Part shown: positions 1 through 11,912 of the stretch, piece by piece
Layout: each line of letters opens with the position of its first letter
How positions within the stretch are numbered: position 1 is the first letter of the stretch
Assembly: GCF_000002075.1 (NCBI RefSeq)
Contig: NW_004797413.1
Location: 890,549 to 954,548, forward strand
Source: Aplysia californica
Lineage: Eukaryota
Reading direction: 5' to 3'
Length of the DNA: 64,000 nt
Position numbers and translations under genes: made by a program
Notes under the pieces: model-generated
Database searches by the model: none
Told to the model about the DNA's origin: nothing
What the model saw: the letters and a program-made list of their open reading frames with translations, nothing else

Positions 1-375
1 TACACTGCCTGTAAGCTCTGGAAAACAGGTTCCAAGTATAACTTACTGGAGTCCTTCGGCAATAGTGAGACGGCAACTTGGGCAGATCACGAAGAAACTG
101 TTTAAGTACCTTTGATGCTGTAGTCTCCTCCCTAACCCTTTTTCTCTGAACTGGAACCTCACCCTCTGCTACACCCAACCCACATGTGAGAACAATGTGA
201 ACACACTAGTAACAAAGTACAGGACTTAAGAAGAAAGCCGTGCACTCTTTGACTCTGGCCCCATTCACTCACAGATGGTACTTCATGGACCACGATCTTC
301 TGCTTTCTCTTTCCTTTTACTCCACAGGCTCGACACAGTCGACCAACCCTTTAACAAAAGCAGCCTTTTCTGATT
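1..375 (-). mobile_element. Decayed DNA transposase fragment, Sola-like
   Basis: Minus-strand translation with stops and frameshifts gives FVKGLVDCVEP...SRRSWSMKYHL*VNGARVKECTAFFLS...LKQFLRDLPKLPSHYCR/DSSKLYLEPVFQSLQAV. The LPK.PSHYCR...K.YLEP motif resembles Sola1 transposases (from recall). Confidence 0.6.
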
Positions 376-380
376 TTACA

Positions 381-1290
381 TTTTATTTATAATCAAACGC
401 CTCCTTCAGAGCAATACGTTATCGCCGTGATCCACAATGACGGGCTACCTAAACGAATTAGACGGTTAGAATTCTTCAGTCACGGAAGTCAGTCGGAATA
501 TACGGTTAGAATTTCTCTTTAAAACAAGACTTTTGTTTGTCAAAATTGTTCTAGATTTTAATAGGACGTAGCCATTCGTCATGTCGATCTATTTTCAGGA
601 AAAAAGAATTTTATTTATAATCAAACGCCTCCTTTAGAGCAAAACGTTATCGCCGTGATCCACAATGGCGGACTACCTAAACGAATTAGACGGTTAGAAT
701 TCTTCAGTCACGGAAGCCAGTCGGAATATACGGTTAGAATTTCTCTTTAAAACAAGACTTTTGTTTGTCAAAATTGTTCTAGATTTTAATAGGACGTAGC
801 CATTCGTCATGTCGATCTATTTTCAGGAAAAAAGAATTTTATTTATAATCAAACGCCTCCTTTAGAGCAAAACGTTATCGCCGTGATCCACAATGGCGGA
901 CTACCTAAACGAATTAGACGGTTAGAATTCTTCAGTCACGGAAGCCAGTCGGAATATACGGTTAGAATTTCTCTTTAAAACAAGACTTTTGTTTGTCAAA
1001 ATTGTTCTAGATTTTAATAGGACGTAGCCATTCGTCATGTCGATCTATTTTCAGGAAAAAAGAATTTTATTTATAATCAAACGCCTCCTTTAGAGCAAAA
1101 CGTTATCGCCGTGATCCACAATGGCGGACTACCTAAACGAATTAGACGGTTAGAATTCTTCAGTCACGGAAGCCAGTCGGAATATACGGTTAGAATTTCT
1201 CTTTAAAACAAGACTTTTGTTTGTCAAAATTGTTCTAGATTTTAATAGGACGTAGCCATTCGTTATGTCGATCTATTTTAAGGAAAAAAG
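381..1290. repeat. 228-bp tandem repeat, 4 near-identical copies
   Basis: Unit start ttttatttataatcaaacgcctcc recurs at 381, 609, 837 and 1065. The end of the array plus flank reappears at 2558-2647. Confidence 0.95.
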
Positions 1291-1489
1291 CAATTCGAGA
1301 AAATTTTGAGTTAGACGGTTAGAATTCTCTGCCGACGATTTATATTTTAGGAAGTGCCTATTTGCAACGCCGCGTTGCGATTAGCGCCAGTGCTAAAAAG
1401 ACTGCGTTGCGATTAGCGCCAGTGCTAAATAAAACGCTGTGTCGCCGTGTGTAAAATATCAAGCTTAATCTGCACATATCGTTATCGGA

Positions 1490-1605
1490 AGTTCTGATGG
1501 CCAAAGTGACAGCGCGTCTGCGCTTGAAGTGAAACCATTATTTTTTTGGCGTGGGTTCGATCCCGGTCCTGGACGGGGTTTTTTTTCTTTTTTTTTCTTT
1601 TTTTT
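1490..1605 (+). mobile_element. tRNA-derived Pol III-type module (SINE head or tRNA relic)
   Basis: A-box-like TGGCCAAAGTG at ~1498, B box GGTTCGATCCC at ~1554, followed by a T run. It does not fold as a clean cloverleaf. Confidence 0.45.
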
Positions 1606-2905
1606 TGTTGTTGTTGTCCTCTTCTCGACTGACCAACAAATTGTTCCCATAATTTAGACCTGCATGTTTGCCGACAATCGTCTGAAATCCGACAATCGCG
1701 ACCCGACCCACGAGCCGGCCGATGCTATCGCTAGGCTCACCTGTGTCAGCCAATGTGCGTAGTGCGAGGCCTGGCCGACTGCCAGCGCCCCCTTTTTCTC
1801 CCGTCGGCTTTGTCGGCACTTTCGTTTTCGTGCCGACTGCCGACGTCGGCGTTTCCGACATAATTGTCGGAACTTAAGTAGAAATGCGATTACGAAAAAG
1901 GACAACAACTTAAATATCTACTTTCAGTTTCGTGCTCGAGCGGCCATTTTGAATTTCGTTTGTTGACAAATTCAATTGTTCAGATCGTGTGGATTCATTC
2001 AAGTCCGACTCTCTTGTTCTAATAGAATCTAGAAATCTAGATCTAGATAAAATATATAGATCATTATAGACCTCAATGGAGGATTCATATTCCAATTCTA
2101 TTGTGTCAAACCCTGTCATAGGTTGTGCTGTAATCTTTATATTGGTAAAAATAAGCATTTCATCAGGTGCGTGAATTGTTTATGTATTTAGTAAAGATCT
2201 AGAATCTAGATCTAATCTAGATCTAGAGTCTAGACTCAGCTGAGTCCCTCTGTTCGGAATCGGATGCGGATTTCTAGTTCAAGGCCTATTCCTATTCCAA
2301 CAAGATCTAGATCTAGATTTATTTAGATAACTAGATTTCTAGATCTAGATATATATGAGCTTTTGCCAAAAGGTGGGGGTGTTTGCATGAGGACTTTTTT
2401 AATCAACCACTACTCATGGTAAAATATGTTTTCTTCTGAAAACTTTATGCATATGGCNNNNNNNNNNNNNNNNNNNNNNNNNNNNNNNNNNNNNNNNNNN
2501 NNNNNNNNNNNNNNNNNNNNNNNNNNNNNNNNNNNNNNNNNNNNNNNNNNNNNNNNNCGTAGCCATTCGTTATGTCAATCTATTTTAAGGAAAAAAGCAA
2601 TTCGAGAAAATTTGGAGTTAGACGGTTAGAATTCTGTGCCGACGATATATCACGACCTGAAGAAAGTGGAATTGTGTTGAAATTTTTTTTAAGTATTTGT
2701 AGCAAAAGCTGTAGTCGGGTGATAGTTCCAGCGTTATCACGTGATGCAGATGTAGTAAAAAATGTTTGTAGAAATATAGACTTTGGATGTTTGTATCAGA
2801 GTTATCACGTGGTCAGAATCAAACGTCCAGACCCTCAGAGCACGCGGTGACAGACAGTCAGGATGACCAGCACGGTGATACTTCCGGTCAAGGCAGCAGG
2901 ACTAC

Positions 2906-3211
2906 TTATCTGCACGCCAGTGTCTTGACGGTAACGTACTCCTTCTCGGAACAACCCGCACCCATGATTGCTTCTTTAGCTTCTGGTTTCCTGACAATCA
3001 TACAAGCTAGCGTCTGGTCATCGGGTATATGCTGTGCTACTTCCAATTGCAACACGCCAATGTAACAGCCAGCGGACACCTTGCTATGGAGCTCCTTGTT
3101 AAACCTATCGAGAAAACCTGCGTTTGGCGAACTAGGGGCGCCTGACACTGAGGCGAGAACAAGGCTGAGGCTCAGCACTGAGCACAAGACGAAAACTCTC
3201 AAGGAAACCAT
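2906..3211 (-). CDS. Uncharacterised small secreted protein, 101 aa, four Cys in mature chain (copy A)
   Basis: ATG-TAA ORF that is GC-richer than its flanks. It has a hydrophobic signal peptide ending ASVSG|AP and Cys49/70/87/100. A polypyrimidine-AG acceptor lies ~115 nt upstream of the ATG. The frame is preserved in both diverged copies. Confidence 0.72.
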   Translation of the reverse strand: MVSLRVFVLCSVLSLSLVLASVSGAPSSPNAGFLDRFNKELHSKVSAGCYIGVLQLEVAQHIPDDQTLACMIVRKPEAKEAIMGAGCSEKEYVTVKTLACR

Positions 3212-4771
3212 TCTGGTGAAGATTGCTTTGATTGGTAGGACGATACGGTGTTTTCACATTTCGTTAGGCTCTTGTCGTTGCAGGTTCTGGGTGAGGTTTT
3301 CCGCTTTTTGGCCGCGAAGGTCGTTCTGTGGGGAGGGAAACGACCATTACTAGCTGTTGGTTTTTTTAATTAGAGGTTTTACGGCGCTTGCAACTGGATT
3401 AGGTCATATGAGCGCCAGAAGATTAGAGGTGTTACAATAGAGTAACAAGCATAAAAAAAGAAGAAGGGGAGAAAAGGACGATAGATATTTCATAGGAAAG
3501 AAGAAGCAAACCACACCAGAGCACCCGCCACCCACTCGCGATTATTGGTTTGCTTTCTTTTTTCTTTTTTTTCCTCTTCAGCAAACCTATCTAGAACAGC
3601 TTCTGTGGTGTAGCGGTAACACATTTCGCCGTCTCACACAGGAGATCCTTGTTCGATTCTCGAGTAAGGAGAATTTTTATCAAGTATCTCCGTCTGTCTT
3701 ATGGGGTTCTGTATCCTAAATCAGTCCGCGGTGCCCCTGACAGACAGTGTTGCAATAATCTGTTCCCTAGAGATCTAAATTGTGTTGAAGGTGATGTAAA
3801 ACTTCTAGAGCTAACCTTATTTTCGTCATGGTGTCATTCAAGTAGACATCTCCACGCATAGCAAAGCATTTTCCCAAAGGACCAATGCCAATAGACAATT
3901 CTTGGAAAACCAGACCATATCAACGTTGGAGTAAATAGCCCCGATATGAATCCTACAGGTAAATGAAGTCCCCTGAAACAACAGCTGAAGAAAAAGTGAC
4001 TTTGCTCCCAATTCAGACCCTTTGTTTTCAAATCTCTGTGGCATTTGGGATGAATTGAGAAATAATTATGTCCAAAATTTAAAAGAGGCGATGCCCAAAG
4101 TGTTTGTGCACAACACAAATTCAATGCGTACATTAATTTAATTTTTAGTTTTGTGTGGAATTAGTTATTGTTCTGTGTTCTGTTTTGTTTGAAATCATCG
4201 TAATAAATTATTGTTTATCGCAGAGACAGATTTCCACATTCATTGGATCTGCAATGTATGTCCATTCTATCAATATTTATGCTCTTCAATACAATCGCGA
4301 AGACAATTTTACGTTTCTTTGATTTCACACACTTTTGCCAAGCCTGATTTTTTATGGTCAATTTTGGTGACCATATATCGAAAGCCCCTTAACATAGATG
4401 AAATATGAAGGTGTCAGATGTTGTAGAATTTATTAAGCTTTAAATTGGTTTGCTACATGAGTGGGTACAGCAAGGCTTTAAAACCATAANNNNNNNNNNN
4501 NNNNNNNNNNNNNNNNNNNNNNNNNNNNNNNNNNNNNNNNNNNNNNNNNNNNNNNNNNNNNNNNNNNNNNNNNNNNNNNNNNNNNNNNNNNNNNNNNNNN
4601 NNNNNNNNNNNNNNNNNNNNNNNNNNNNNNNNNNNNNNNNNNNNNNNNNNNNNNNNNNNNNNNNNNNNNNNNNNNNNNNNNNNNNNNNNNNNNNNNNNNN
4701 NNNNNNNNNNNNNNNNNNNNNNNNNNNNNNNNNNNNNNNNNNNNNNNNNNNNNNNNNNNNNNNNNNNNNNN

Positions 4772-5178
4772 GGCTCTCGTCAATGTAGAGTTATTGGTAT
4801 CATCTTAAAGCTTGTTCACTTGTCTTTATTTTGATGGAAAAAATATCCATTTATATTGAATACAAGTCGAGAAATTTGTGAAAGAAGGAGCTGGAGGTCA
4901 CTTGTTTTCATAAATAAAATTAGTGAGAAAATGGCCGCCAAAGTTTAGTTATTTCCTTAGCTTAAGAGTCCGTGGTAACTTAAAATTTACATTTTTTGTG
5001 CCTTAAATCAACACTTTTCAGAAAAATCCACTCTGAAATAGCTTTTTAATGGGCATGAATGGTGGTGAGCCAAAAACCAAAAATTTGATAAGAATTCACA
5101 AACCTGCAGAAAAATGCAAGTTTCTTCACTTAGATTAATTTGACGAGAGCCTGATTCCACCACGCTGCCTCACATATA
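4772..5178. mobile_element. MITE, same family as 23482-23926 (left end lost in gap)
   Basis: Starts ggctctcgtcaa after the gap and ends ttgacgagagcctgattccaccacgctgcctcacatata. The internal sequence aligns with 23500-23926. Confidence 0.85.
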
Positions 5179-5185
5179 TATAATA

Positions 5186-5792
5186 TAGTCCGTCCCTGTC
5201 TGTCAGGTCCAGCGTTGGCCAAGTGGGGTACAACATCCCAGTAGACAGGAGCAAATATTTATGTCCTCCGTGCAACGATTCAGAGCATGAAGGCGTCAAA
5301 AGAAGCCACACTCTAAATTTCTGCATTCTGTCCAGAGGCGTGCGACGAGATTGCAACAAGCATTATAATGCTATTTCTGAATCACCTTCTATTTCGCTGC
5401 TAAACAGAGTAATTTTTCTTGTCCAAAGTACAAAGGTTTGAATCGTGGTTAAGCAAATTTTTTTCTACATTTAACAGATAAGAAATCTATTGTTTTCACT
5501 TAATGGGTCAAAGTAGAAGCAAAGATATCTGTATAAAAAGAAGCGTTGGAGCAGTCCAGACAATACCTGACAGGGAAGCGAGGACACCAACAACAACTGC
5601 TTGATTCACCTAGTAAGTCTGTGTGTTGTGTGAGTGAGCGATGATGTGTACTACCCTTTGTAGCTTCTGGCGTCCGTGGTGCAGCGCCCATGCTCTTAAT
5701 CGTTGCACCGAAGACATGAGTATTTGCTCCTGTCTGCTGGGATGTTGTATCCCACTTAGCCAACGCTGGACCTGACAGGCAGGGGCGGACTA
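5186..5792. mobile_element. TA-flanked element with ~75-bp terminal inverted repeats
   Basis: tagtccgtccctgtctgtcaggtccagcgttggccaagtgg...agacaggagcaaata at the left and its reverse complement at 5720-5792. Followed by a (TA)n run to ~5861. Confidence 0.7.
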
Positions 5793-5803
5793 TTATATAT
5801 ATA

Positions 5804-5866
<63 letters not shown>

Positions 5867-7255
5867 CATGTATTTCTGACCATCAATGATTTATTTATAG
5901 AGGCACCAGCCATCCATGTCCAGGTGCTGTTTTAGCCTCTTTTTCCTGTATTCGGATTAATATCTTGATTCCACCATATACATTATTCTAACCACCCAAT
6001 CATGGTTTTAAAGCCTTACTGTATCAACTCATGTAGCAAACCAATTGAAAGCTAAATAGATTCTACAGCATCTGACACCTTAATATTTCATCTATGTTAA
6101 GAGGTTCCCGATATAATATGGTCACTCAAAATTGACCTAAAAAAATCAGGCTTGGCAAAAGTGTGTGAAATCAAAGAAACGTAAAATTGTCCTCGCGATT
6201 GTATTGAAGAGCATAAATATTGATAGAATGGACATACATTGCAGATCCAATGAATGTGGAAATCTGTCTCTGCGATAAACAATAATTTATTACGATGATT
6301 TCAAACAAAACAGAATACAGAACAATAACTAATTCCACATAAAACTAAAAATTAAATTAATGTACGCATTGAATTTGTGTTGTGCACAAACACTTTGGGC
6401 ATCGCCTCTTTTAAATTTTGGACATAATTATTTCTCAATTCATCCCAAATGCCACAGAGATTTGAAAACAAAGGGTCTGAATTGGGAGCAAAGTCACTTT
6501 TTCTTCAGCTGTTGTTTCAGGGGACTTCATTTACCTGTAGGATTCATATCGGGGCTATTTACTCCAACGTTGATATGGTCTGGTTTTCCAAGTATTGTCT
6601 ATTGGCATTGGTCCTTTGGGAAAATGCTTTGCTATGCGTGGAGATGTCTACTTGAATGACACCATGACGAAAATAAGGGTAGCTCTAGAAGTTTTACATC
6701 ACCTTCAAACAATTTAGATCTTTAGGGAACAAATTGTTGCAATACTGTCTGTCAGGGGCACCGCGGACTGATTTAGGATACAGCACCCCATAAAACAGAC
6801 GGAGATACTTGATAAAAATTCTCCTTACTCGAGAATCGAACTCGGATCTCCTGCGTGAGACGGCGAAATGTGTTACCGCTACACCACAGAAGCCGTTCTA
6901 GATGGGTTGACTGAAGAGAAAAAAAATAAAACAAAACAAAAAGACACACACAAAAAAACCCCAACTAGTTAGTAATCGTGGGTGGTTGGTGGGTGCTCTG
7001 GTCTGGTTTGCTTCTTCTTTCCTATGAAACATCTATCGTCCTTATCTTCCCTTCTTTTTTATGTTTGTTACTCTCTTGTAACACCTCTAATCTTCTGGTG
7101 TAAAAACCAACAACTAGTAATGGTCGTTTCCCTCCCCACAGAACGACGTTCACGGCCAAAAAGCGGAAAACCACACCCAGAACCTGCAACGACAAGAGCC
7201 TAACGAAGTGTGAAAACACCGTATCGTCCTACCAGTCAAAGCAATCTTCACCAGA

Positions 7256-7561
7256 ATGGTTTCCTTGAAGGTTTTCGTCTTGTGCTCAGTGCTGAGCCTA
7301 AGCCTTGTTCTCGCCTCAGTGTCAGGCGCCCCTAGTTCGCCAAACGCAGGTTTTCTCGCGAGGTTTAACAAGGAGCTCCATAGCAAGGTGTCCGCTGGCT
7401 GTTACATTGGCGTGTTACAATTGGAAGTAGCACAGCATATACCCGATGACCAGACGCTAGCTTGTATGATTGTCAAGAAACCAGAAGCGAAAGCTGCAAT
7501 CATGGATGCGGGTTGTTCCGAGAAGGAGTACGTTACCGTCAAGACACTGGCGTGCAGATAA
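7256..7561 (+). CDS. Uncharacterised small secreted protein, 101 aa, four Cys in mature chain (copy B)
   Basis: Inverted paralog of 2906-3211 with 5 aa differences (R5K, D35A, R74K, E80A, G84D). Acceptor ccctccccacag ends at 7141; AATAAA at ~7982. Confidence 0.75.
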   Translation: MVSLKVFVLCSVLSLSLVLASVSGAPSSPNAGFLARFNKELHSKVSAGCYIGVLQLEVAQHIPDDQTLACMIVKKPEAKAAIMDAGCSEKEYVTVKTLACR

Positions 7562-9779
7562 GTAGTCCTGCTGCCTTGACCGGAAGCATCATCGTGCTGC
7601 TCATCCTGACTGTCTGTCACCGCGTGCTCTGAGGGACTGGACGTTTGATTCTGACCACGTGATAACTCTGATACAAACATCCAAAGTCTATATTTCTACA
7701 AACGTTTTTTCTACATCTGCATCACGTGACAACGCTGGAACAATCACCCGACTACAGCTTTTGCTACACATACTTTTTCAATATATTCAACACAATTCCA
7801 CTTTCTTCAGGTCGTGATATATTTACTTATTTCTGCTTCAAATGTCTCTATCTCGTTTGAATTAGGCACAGAGGCCATGAAATCTCAACACGCTCATATT
7901 ACAAAAAAGAACAGAATCAACAGGCCTGCTATTGTTGCCACTTCTCTTTAAAACCAAACCTGAGCAGCGAACTTTCCATCAAATAAACTGTTGCACAATC
8001 GGTGGCGACACTCAAATCACTGTTGTTGTTTGAATCGAATGGAGCCTCGTGTACACTCGTTGCTTGTTTTAAGTGTTTGTTTGTTTGTTTGTTCGTCTAC
8101 TTGTTTGTTCGCCTTCAAGAGAAGGCTGACACTAATGGTGTAGTTTTCAAGCTCTTTGCTTGAAATTGAGAGACCGAGAGTTTGGTTCTCACGAGCGGGA
8201 GACGTTTTACGGAGTATGTCAGTCTCTCTGCTCGGCTGTATCATTCACTGCCTGGGTCAGTCGTGACGGACAGAGTGAAAGCAGCCCGCCTCCTAAACAG
8301 TCCTTACTATGCCGATAGGGGGAATCGTCTATTTACATTAAGTTTACAGTCATAATTGAGAAGTTCATGAAGTACAACAGAACCAGCGTCTGTGGTGTTG
8401 CGGGTAGATTCTTTTCCCGTGGTACACTGAAGGTGTGAACTTGATGCCCAAATGAGGGAGACATTTTTTACATTGAGTATCTCCGTCGTGTTAAAGAATT
8501 CCTGTGGGTGGTTGGAGGGGGCTCTGGTGTGGTTTGCTTCTTTTTTCCTATGAAACATCTATCGTCATTATCTCCCCTTCTTCTTTTTAATGTTTGTTAC
8601 TCTCTTGTCCGAGTTCGAGCCTCGGTACGGACACGAATTTTTTTCTCCCCTTCCAGCCCACCAAGCAGTAATGGGTAAATGACACGTTGAAATAAATAAT
8701 TGACCTGTTCAACTGGTCCAAATGGGGGTCGGGCATTACGCCAACTGGTCCAAAAGGGGTGCAACCATCTTGTTGGGGTGTTGTATCCCTCTCACCCCCG
8801 TTGGCCCTGACAGGAAGCGTGGAAGCAGCCCGCCTCCATAATATCTAACTCTATATTGTGGTGATGGGGGCGTACAACACTTCCAATGACGCTTTATTTC
8901 TCAGAGGAAACACCAGTTAGTGACATAGGAAATAGAACACAGCAGCTGAAGACAACCCTCACTAACCCCCAACATCNNNNNNNNNNNNNNNNNNNNNNNN
9001 NNNNNNNNNNNNNNNNNNNNNNNNNNNNNNNNNNNNNNNNNNNNNNNNNNNNNNNNNNNNNNNNNNNNNNNNNNNNNNNNNNNNNNNNNNNNNNNNNNNN
9101 NNNNNNNNNNNNNNNNNNNNNNNNNNNNNNNNNNNNNNNNNNNNNNNNNNNNNNNNNNNNNNNNNNNNCAAAACATTATATAAAAGTATGTCTATATAAT
9201 AAACATAAATAGATCTAGGTATAATTATTATACTTCTATTTTTTTTAAAAACTAGATCTAATATGTGATATGTAGATAAAACTACCTGTATTCGTTATCT
9301 ATTTCTTCGGAGCCCACTCAGGTAGTGTCCAATCAAGACTTTATCACCCGTAACTCAAAAAAAATTAGAGGAAACTGAGACATATTTTGTCGGACGTTCC
9401 TAGAGCATAGTAGAGAGCTGGGCCTTTATAGAACTGAGAGAAAAAGTTTTGTACTTACTGCTCTCAGTCTTATCCTTCTTACAGTATTTCTCTGGTTAGT
9501 TCATGGACACTTCATGTTAATCGCGCAAATCCGTGTTACAATCATTGTTCTATGTGCTTTACATGATACAGGCATACACACATACGTGCACATAATAATA
9601 TTTTTACATGCAGTTCTACATTCAGTAAAAAATAACAGAGTAAACAATTCCAAATAAAAATAATGAATACACTCTTTCTAACTAATAAGAAAAAAATGTA
9701 GACTCATGTCAATGTCAAAAGCACCTTGTAATGAAACAAATTGCAGTGGAATTCTGATAAAGTCAACACCTCGGGACCG

Positions 9780-9950
9780 AACTTCTGTTTTTGACATGGA
9801 GATTTTCATGTTAAGGTGGTTGAATTCCTCATTTAGTTTGGTGGTGTGTTTTTGTGATTCCTCTTCCTTTGTGTTTAATATACTCTGGTCATCAGCAAAC
9901 AGAAACACCTGGACATGGCTGGTGCCTCTATAAATAAACCATTGATGGTC
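9780..9950 (-). mobile_element. Non-LTR retrotransposon reverse transcriptase fragment
   Basis: Translation LFADDQSIL...KLNEEFNHLNMKISMSKTEV has the RT (Y/F)ADD motif and the following ISxxKTE motif. Confidence 0.7.
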
Positions 9951-10094
9951 AAGGCCCCATGATTGTCACATTATCTTTGTTATCCACGGTTTTTAAAAGA
10001 TCACTCAGTTGATCATAGAACTGATGTCGCTGTTCTTCGGGGTATGTGTCATTGCATGGTGCATATTGTATGAAGACATATTCGATGCCCCTCA

Positions 10095-10602
10095 TTAACA
10101 ATGATAGTACATAACAAGATGGGCCACTTCTCTCTTTGAGCCAATTAAAAAAGTGTCCTCAAAATTTGGTGGCGCCCTCTTCACAAAAGCGCACTCTTTG
10201 CGAACAGAGTTACCCTACTTGAGTTTTAAAAAATCAGAGTGAAACTAGCAAGTTTTGGGATAAATTTCGGAAGAACGCTTTTTTAAAATGGTTACGGTGA
10301 CAAAAAACGTCTTCCGGAGGAAAGGGTGATGGTTTTCTTCGTTTAATTTGACTTTAGAATAAAAGGCGAGAGGTCATTAAAATAAAAAAAACACTAAAAC
10401 TCCGCACTGAACGTACCCGAACTGCTGATGAACAGCAGTCGATCTGCGCACGCAAAGAGGTGCTATTCCTATTCTTCTCCTGGAAAAACGAAAGAGAGCT
10501 TCAAAACAGACTGCAGCGCCATCTGAAGCAAAGAGCATACTTCCTGCGGACACTTTTTTGGCTGAGTGGCCCATCTTGTTATGTACTATCATTGTCATTA
10601 AT
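10095..10602. mobile_element. MITE with ~35-bp TIRs
   Basis: acaatgatagtacataacaagatgggccact near 10100 and its reverse complement agtggcccatcttgttatgtactatcattgt near 10565-10595. Confidence 0.75.
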
Positions 10603-11893
10603 CATCATATTCTATGGTGATTCTTGTATCGATCTCCGGCTTTACAACATACTCGTTGAATTTTATATATTCTTCAAATCTGTTTCATGCTTTTTTAGTT
10701 TAGGTTTAGCATAGGTGTAACGGCACTTGCAACACAAATTGGTCATATGAGCGCCGAAGATTAGAGGTGTTACAAGAGAGTAACACACTCAGAAAAGATC
10801 GAGGACAGAGGACGGTTGATTGTTAATAGGAAAAAAGGAACAATACCACACCACAGAGCACCCGTAAACCTCCTTCTTGAGTTATACATGGAATATTGAA
10901 ACTGCTTTCAATTTTAATTATTCTTCCCCAATAGAATTTTAAAGAACTCTTTAAAACAAAATGAGTGATGTTTTTCTTTTGAAAATTGGATAATAGGCAT
11001 CGGACTCATCACGTCACACTTATGACGTAATTAAACGTTAAATAGAATGTTACTCTTAATGTACTTGACTTTTATCTTTATATTATTGATTCTACGTAAA
11101 ACAACAAACAAAATGATACCCCAATGATTACGATACAACTATTATTAAGGATTTTTTGACGTTTTGAAGCAAAATTTGGAAGTTTGGTGGCACAAAATGC
11201 AGAGCAAAAATTTGGCCATCAGGGCAAAAATTGATTCTCAAAAATGGTCGCTGCTTCTGAACTAGCAAAGATAACACAAAAATTTAAAAATCTCTGAAAT
11301 CAGAAAGTCAAGCTCTTTCCTTTAATCCTAATTTTAGTGCCCTTGGAGAAGTTTGAGAATTTCACTGAAGTGCATATCCTGTTTATCTAGGAGAAAGATA
11401 CTAATTCACTGTGGGAAACATTACTAGTCAAAATTAGAAGGGCAAAATACTCAAGAAAAGGTAGGCCTAGTCAAATATTTAAAATAAATACGAAATATTA
11501 TGTGGATACGCCAAACTACATTCTGAACAAAAAGAGGCTAATTTTCCCTCTGTTCGGTGTACAAGAATTACAATGCAGAATAAACCGAGCGAAGCGGAAT
11601 TTTTGTCTACGCAAGCAGAAAGCTCTTCTTTCTGACGAAATAGAAAATGCTGATTACATCCGGGATATTTCAAGATGTCAGCCCCCTTGGTTTCTGTTTT
11701 CCCTTGATACGTGGAAGGGCTCTTTGCACTGGTAAGACGTTGTGTGAATATATAGAAGACCGTGCTCTACATGTATGTTGCGTTTAAGCTGTTGAAAGAG
11801 TTCTGGAGGGACTAAATCATTCCAGTCCTAATGAACAAAACACTCACACATGCATAGGTACAACCGCAGCAAATAAATTTACTTGCTGTCACT

Positions 11894-11912
11894 GTCGGAA
11901 GTCGGAAGTCGG
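11894..11912 (+). promoter_or_regulatory. Tandem ETS/GABP-like motifs, candidate GLT8D1 promoter
   Basis: gtcggaagtcggaagtcgg ~1.1 kb upstream of the first coding exon, followed by a TCTAGA/AGATCT cluster. Confidence 0.4.

Larger units (their letters stand above)
2645..7822. repeat. Large inverted duplication: arms ~2645-4487 and ~6002-7822, spacer ~1.5 kb
   Basis: The arms are reverse complements, e.g. atatatcacgacctgaagaaagtgg at 2645 vs ccactttcttcaggtcgtgatatat ending 7822. ORF-track pairs are mirrored (2906/7256, 3834/6360, 4211/6097). Scattered substitutions and indels separate the arms. Confidence 0.95.

Noticed and set aside
381-1290. Regular repeats considered as a CRISPR array
   Set aside because: Head-to-tail 228-bp units with no unique spacers, no cas genes and a eukaryotic context. 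The same applies to the other minisatellites.
3834-4408. ORFs of 65-99 aa that appear conserved with 6097-6659
   Set aside because: The identity is explained by the recent inverted duplication; AT-rich with no recognisable domain. Probably promoter or 5' UTR of the secreted-protein genes.
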